A program made the translations under genes and the position numbers. DNA of 32,000 nt. It comes from Candidatus Saccharimonadota bacterium (GTDB lineage Bacteria > Pseudomonadota > Gammaproteobacteria > Enterobacterales > Enterobacteriaceae). Under the pieces are notes generated by a model that searched no databases, was not told the DNA's origin, and saw nothing but the letters and a program-made list of their open reading frames with translations. This document shows positions 28,855 through 32,000 of this stretch, in pieces. Numbering within the stretch: the stretch's first letter is position 1; every line of letters begins with the position of its first letter. The stretch covers positions 30,001 to 62,000 of the forward strand of contig NZ_CP069383.1 in the NCBI RefSeq assembly GCF_017656055.1. Reading direction: 5' to 3'.

Positions 28855-28884
28855 AATATAATATTATTATTTATTAACTTCAAG
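28855..28884 (-). promoter_or_regulatory. Candidate groESL promoter
   Basis: The minus strand reads aCTTGAAG-N-TATATT. CTTGAAG is identical to the -35 core of the E. coli groE sigma-32 promoter (CCCTTGAAGG) and also reads as TTGAAG-N17-TATATT for sigma-70. The -10 is uninformative in AT-rich DNA. Confidence 0.25.
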
Positions 28885-28971
28885 TATTAATAAAAAAAAT
28901 ATTTTATATAAATATTTTATATTATTATATTAAATTTTTAAATATTTAAAATATTATTTTAATTAAATTTA

Positions 28972-29044
28972 GCCTGAATAGCTCAGTTGGTAGAGCAATG
29001 GACTGAAGATCCATGTGTCGTTGGTTCGATTCCAACTTCAGGCA
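28972..29044 (+). tRNA. tRNA-Phe (anticodon GAA)
   Basis: GCCTGAA-TA-GCTC-AGTTGGTA-GAGC-A-ATGGA-CTGAAGA-TCCAT-GTGTC-GTTGG-TTCGATT-CCAAC-TTCAGGC-A. Perfect cloverleaf, collinear with E. coli tRNA-Phe. No encoded CCA. Confidence 0.95.
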
Positions 29045-29057
29045 TAATATTAATTTT

Positions 29058-30434
29058 ATGAAAAAAATATCTTTTTTACTTAATAAACCAAATAATTTTA
29101 ATAATTATATATTTTACTCAATAGAATCAGAACAATCAGTTATAGGTGGATTATTAATAGATAATTCTAAAATTAGTGATATTATAGAAATAATAAATAG
29201 TAAAGATTTTTTTTTGGATAATCATAAAATAATATTTAGTGAATTAGAAAATTTATTTAATATTAATAAACCTATTGATATAATAACTCTATCTGAATAT
29301 TTAAATAATAAAAATAAACTTAATGTAATTGGTGGATATTCTTATTTATTAAAATTAATAAAAAATATTCCTAGTGTTTCTAATATATTACATTATGCTA
29401 ATATTATAAAAGAAAAATCAATAATAAGAAAAATAATATCTTCTTCTAATGATATATATAACATGTGTTTATATCCTAACGGAAAAAATTTAGATGATAT
29501 AATTGATTGTATAGAATCTAAATTATTTGAATTAATAGAAAGTAAAAATTTAGTTTATAATAAACCTAAGAATATAGAACTCTTTTTAAAAAATATATTT
29601 GAAAAAATATTAAAAAATAAAAATAATAATAATAATTTAATTGGATTACCAAGTGGTTTTTATGATTTAGACAAAAAAACATTAGGTTTTCAAAATTCTG
29701 ATTTAATAATAATTGCGGCAAGACCTTCTATGGGTAAAACAACTTTTGCCTTAAATATATGTGAAAACATATCTTTATTTAATAAAAAACCAATATTAAT
29801 ATTTAGTTTAGAAATGTCATTAGAACAAATTTTAATAAAAATAATATCTTCTTTATGTAAGATAGATCAATATAAAATAAAAACTGGAAATTTATCTAAT
29901 TTTGATATAAAAAATATAAATAATACTATAAAAATATTATTAAAAAATAAAAATATATATATAGATGATTCTTCATATATTACAACTTATGAATTAAGAT
30001 CAAAAGCTAGAAAATTATTTAGAGAAAATAATGGATTAAGTTTAATTATGATAGATTATTTACAACTTATTAAAGTTCCTTATTTATTAAATAATAGAAC
30101 TATGGAGATTACTGAAATATCTAGATCTTTAAAATCTTTAGCTAAAGAATTAAATATACCAATTATAGCCATTTCTCAATTAAATAGAAGTTTAGAATTA
30201 AGATCAGATAAAAGACCAATAAATTCTGATTTAAGAGAATCAGGTTCAATTGAACAAGATGCAGATTTAATAATATTTATATATAGAGATGAAGTTTATA
30301 ATATTAATAATAATAAAGGTATAACTGAAATAATATTAGGAAAACATAGAAATGGACCATTAGGATCTATTAAATTATTATTTAATAATAAATTTTCTAG
30401 ATTTGAAAATTATATAGAAAGAAATGTTAAATAA
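29058..30434 (+). CDS. dnaB: Replicative DNA helicase DnaB
   Basis: 458 aa from ATG 29058 (MKKISFLL...); the ORF-track start at 29013 lies inside tRNA-Phe. SEQSVIGGLL, Walker A ARPSMGKTTFALN, IMIDYLQL, SRSLK.LAKEL..P.IA.SQLNRSLE.R.DKRP..SDLRESGSIEQDADLI.F.YRDE.Y. Confidence 0.9.
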   Translation: MKKISFLLNKPNNFNNYIFYSIESEQSVIGGLLIDNSKISDIIEIINSKDFFLDNHKIIFSELENLFNINKPIDIITLSEYLNNKNKLNVIGGYSYLLKLIKNIPSVSNILHYANIIKEKSIIRKIISSSNDIYNMCLYPNGKNLDDIIDCIESKLFELIESKNLVYNKPKNIELFLKNIFEKILKNKNNNNNLIGLPSGFYDLDKKTLGFQNSDLIIIAARPSMGKTTFALNICENISLFNKKPILIFSLEMSLEQILIKIISSLCKIDQYKIKTGNLSNFDIKNINNTIKILLKNKNIYIDDSSYITTYELRSKARKLFRENNGLSLIMIDYLQLIKVPYLLNNRTMEITEISRSLKSLAKELNIPIIAISQLNRSLELRSDKRPINSDLRESGSIEQDADLIIFIYRDEVYNINNNKGITEIILGKHRNGPLGSIKLLFNNKFSRFENYIERNVK

Positions 30435-31212
30435 AAAAATTTTAATAATAGATACAATACCTCATATATATAAACTATATTATGGATTAATATTAAAGAA
30501 TAAAATAAATATAAATTATGCAATAAATATAATAATTAAAAAAATAATGAATAGTATAAATAATATTAATTATATAATATTTGTTTTTGATAACCATAAT
30601 ATTAATTATAGAAAAATAATTTTTAAAAAATATAAAATAAATAGAAAAAAATGTTCTACAAATTTTATATATTTAATAAATTTATTTAAAAAAAAATTAT
30701 ATTTAAAAAATATAAATGTTATTTCAATACCCAATATAGAAGCTGATGATATAATAGGTACAATATCTAAACATTGTGAAAGAAATAATTTTAAAATATT
30801 TATAAGTGCATATGATAAAGATATATATCAATTAATAAATGATAATATAAAAGTTATAGATATATATAATAAAGTAATAATTGATGATAATTTTATATTT
30901 AATAAATATAAAATAAAATCTAAATTTATGATAGATTATATTTCATTAATTGGAGATATATCTGATAATATTAAAGGTGTATTTGGAATAGGTAAAAAAA
31001 TATCTAGTATATTAATAAATGAAATAGGAGATATAAATTCAATATATAAAAATATAAAAAAAATATATAATATTAATAAAATAAATAACTCTAATTTTGT
31101 AATAAATAATTTAATAAAATATAAAAATAATGTAATTAAAGCATATAATCTTATAAAAATAAATACTGATATATTTACAGGATATAAAATATCTGATTTT
31201 AAATTAAAATAA
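30424..31212 (+). CDS. polA: 5'-3' exonuclease (DNA polymerase I N-terminal FEN domain only)
   Basis: 262 aa. ILIIDT..H.Y, FVFDN....R...F..YK..R, EADDIIGT, SAYDKDIYQL, DYISLIGDISDNIKGVFGIGKK. Closer to Pol I GDSSDNIPGVPGVGEK than to Xni GISSSKVPGVAGIGPK. No 3'-5' exo or polymerase domains follow. Confidence 0.8.
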   Translation: MLNKKILIIDTIPHIYKLYYGLILKNKININYAINIIIKKIMNSINNINYIIFVFDNHNINYRKIIFKKYKINRKKCSTNFIYLINLFKKKLYLKNINVISIPNIEADDIIGTISKHCERNNFKIFISAYDKDIYQLINDNIKVIDIYNKVIIDDNFIFNKYKIKSKFMIDYISLIGDISDNIKGVFGIGKKISSILINEIGDINSIYKNIKKIYNINKINNSNFVINNLIKYKNNVIKAYNLIKINTDIFTGYKISDFKLK

Positions 31213-31235
31213 TTTTAATTTCAATAAAAAATATA

Positions 31236-31412
31236 ATGTATAATAATTTTCAATTAGTAATATTACTATCTAAAATATCAAAAAATATTCATATTAATAA
31301 TGAAAATATATTTAATAATAATAAAAGTGTAGAAAAAGTAACTATAAAAGCATTAAAAATTAAAAATAAATATATAAATTTTAATAATTATAATGAAATT
31401 ATTATTAAATAA
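31236..31412 (+). CDS. Unassigned 58-codon ORF in the polA-tilS gap (possibly non-coding)
   Basis: Hand translation: MYNNFQLVILLSKISKNIHINNENIFNNNKSVEKVTIKALKIKNKYINFNNYNEIIIK*. No recognised motif. Overlaps the tilS start by 20 nt in another frame. Confidence 0.15.
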   Translation: MYNNFQLVILLSKISKNIHINNENIFNNNKSVEKVTIKALKIKNKYINFNNYNEIIIK

Positions 31413-32000
31413 TAAAAATAATAAAAAAATATATAATTTTGAAAAAGATATAAATGATAAAATATTATATATATATAATAAATATAATATAAATAATTTT
31501 TTAATATCATTTAGTGGAGGATTAGATTCAAAATTTTTATTAAAATTATTTATTAATATAAAATATAAATTAAATAATAATATTTTTATAAAAGCTATAC
31601 ATATAAATCATAATGTAAATTATAAATCAAAAATATGGGAAAAAGAATGTATAGATTTTTGTAATAAAAATAATATATTAATATATGTAGATAATATATA
31701 TATAAAAAATAGAAATAATTTAGAAAATAATTTGAGAATATTAAGATATAATAAAATAAAAAAATATATAAATAAAAATGAATTTTTAATAACAGGTCAT
31801 CATAAAAATGATAAAATAGAAAGTTTTTTTTTATTTTTAAAAAGAGGTAGTTTTATTGGTTTAAGTAGTATAAAAGAAATACGTAAAGTATTTGGAATTA
31901 AAATATTTAGTCCATTATTAATGTATACAAAAAAAAATATAATTTTTTTTTCAAAAATATTAAATATAAAAAAATTTATTATAGATAATAGTAATTTTAA
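31393..32000 (+). CDS. tilS: tRNA(Ile)-lysidine synthetase TilS (MesJ), 5' partial; runs off the window
   Basis: Not in the ORF track because it is open-ended. I hand-checked that there is no stop from ATG 31393 to the end. PP-loop ISFSGGLDSKFLL, HINH, R..RY, LITGHHKNDKIESFFL.LKRGS...GLSS, PLL all parallel E. coli TilS. Confidence 0.85.
   Translation, partial: MKLLLNNKNNKKIYNFEKDINDKILYIYNKYNINNFLISFSGGLDSKFLLKLFINIKYKLNNNIFIKAIHINHNVNYKSKIWEKECIDFCNKNNILIYVDNIYIKNRNNLENNLRILRYNKIKKYINKNEFLITGHHKNDKIESFFLFLKRGSFIGLSSIKEIRKVFGIKIFSPLLMYTKKNIIFFSKILNIKKFIIDNSNF

Noticed and set aside
28815-28883. 23-codon N-terminal extension of groES in the ORF track ([23 protein letters not shown])
   Set aside because: GroES homology starts exactly at the internal Met (MNIYPL... 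against E. coli MNIRPL...). The extension would consume the promoter region.
28672-28890. 72-aa ORF on the plus strand
   Set aside because: Antisense to groES and its leader. No homology. Spurious.
29013-29057. 15-codon N-terminal extension of dnaB in the ORF track (MCRWFDSNFRHNINF)
   Set aside because: These codons lie within the T arm and acceptor stem of tRNA-Phe. ATG 29058 is the first start downstream of the tRNA.

Overview
This is an extremely AT-rich, almost gap-free core-chromosome segment. It looks like a highly reduced gammaproteobacterial (Enterobacterales-derived) obligate endosymbiont genome using the standard code 11. Proteins are dominated by N/K/I/Y, and only the rRNA/tRNA genes, groEL, mscS and catalytic cores keep appreciable GC.

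Gene order:
- 3' end of 23S rRNA, 5S rRNA, tRNA-Trp.
- mnmE-rnpA-rpmH (minus) facing dnaN-gyrB (plus), with dnaA, recF and yidC/yidD absent from their canonical slots.
- mscS.
- lysS-prfB-rpsA-aroA-serS plus an orphan 111-aa membrane ORF (minus).
- infA followed by a stripped dcw cluster, rsmH-murE-murF-mraY-murD-murG-murC-ftsA(like)-secA (plus).
- groEL-groES (minus).
- tRNA-Phe, dnaB, a polA reduced to its 5'-3' exonuclease domain, an unassigned 180-bp gap, and the 5' part of tilS.

rpmH, tilS and the true starts of groES, dnaB and murG were worked out by hand; they are missing or mis-started in the ORF track.

I see no mobile elements, CRISPR, toxin/defence or secretion modules and no discrete novel multi-gene system. 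The window is housekeeping. The points worth a second look are reductive-evolution anomalies:
1. A dcw cluster pared down to a lipid-II assembly line, without ftsL/ftsI/ftsW/ddlB/ftsQ/ftsZ/lpxC.
2. An intact FtsA-like ORF that has lost all three glycine-rich nucleotide-binding loops and its C-terminal membrane anchor.
3. A 5S rRNA with a 24-nt hairpin insertion.
4. An orphan membrane ORF sitting where lrp-ftsK-lolA-rarA lie in E. coli.
5. An RF2 gene with no programmed frameshift.
6. Perfect AT-rich inverted repeats exactly filling both convergent gene junctions.

Organism guess (inference only, no search possible): the combination of retained aroA and mur genes with very low GC is compatible with a beetle/weevil-type symbiont such as Nardonella. 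This must be checked by database search.
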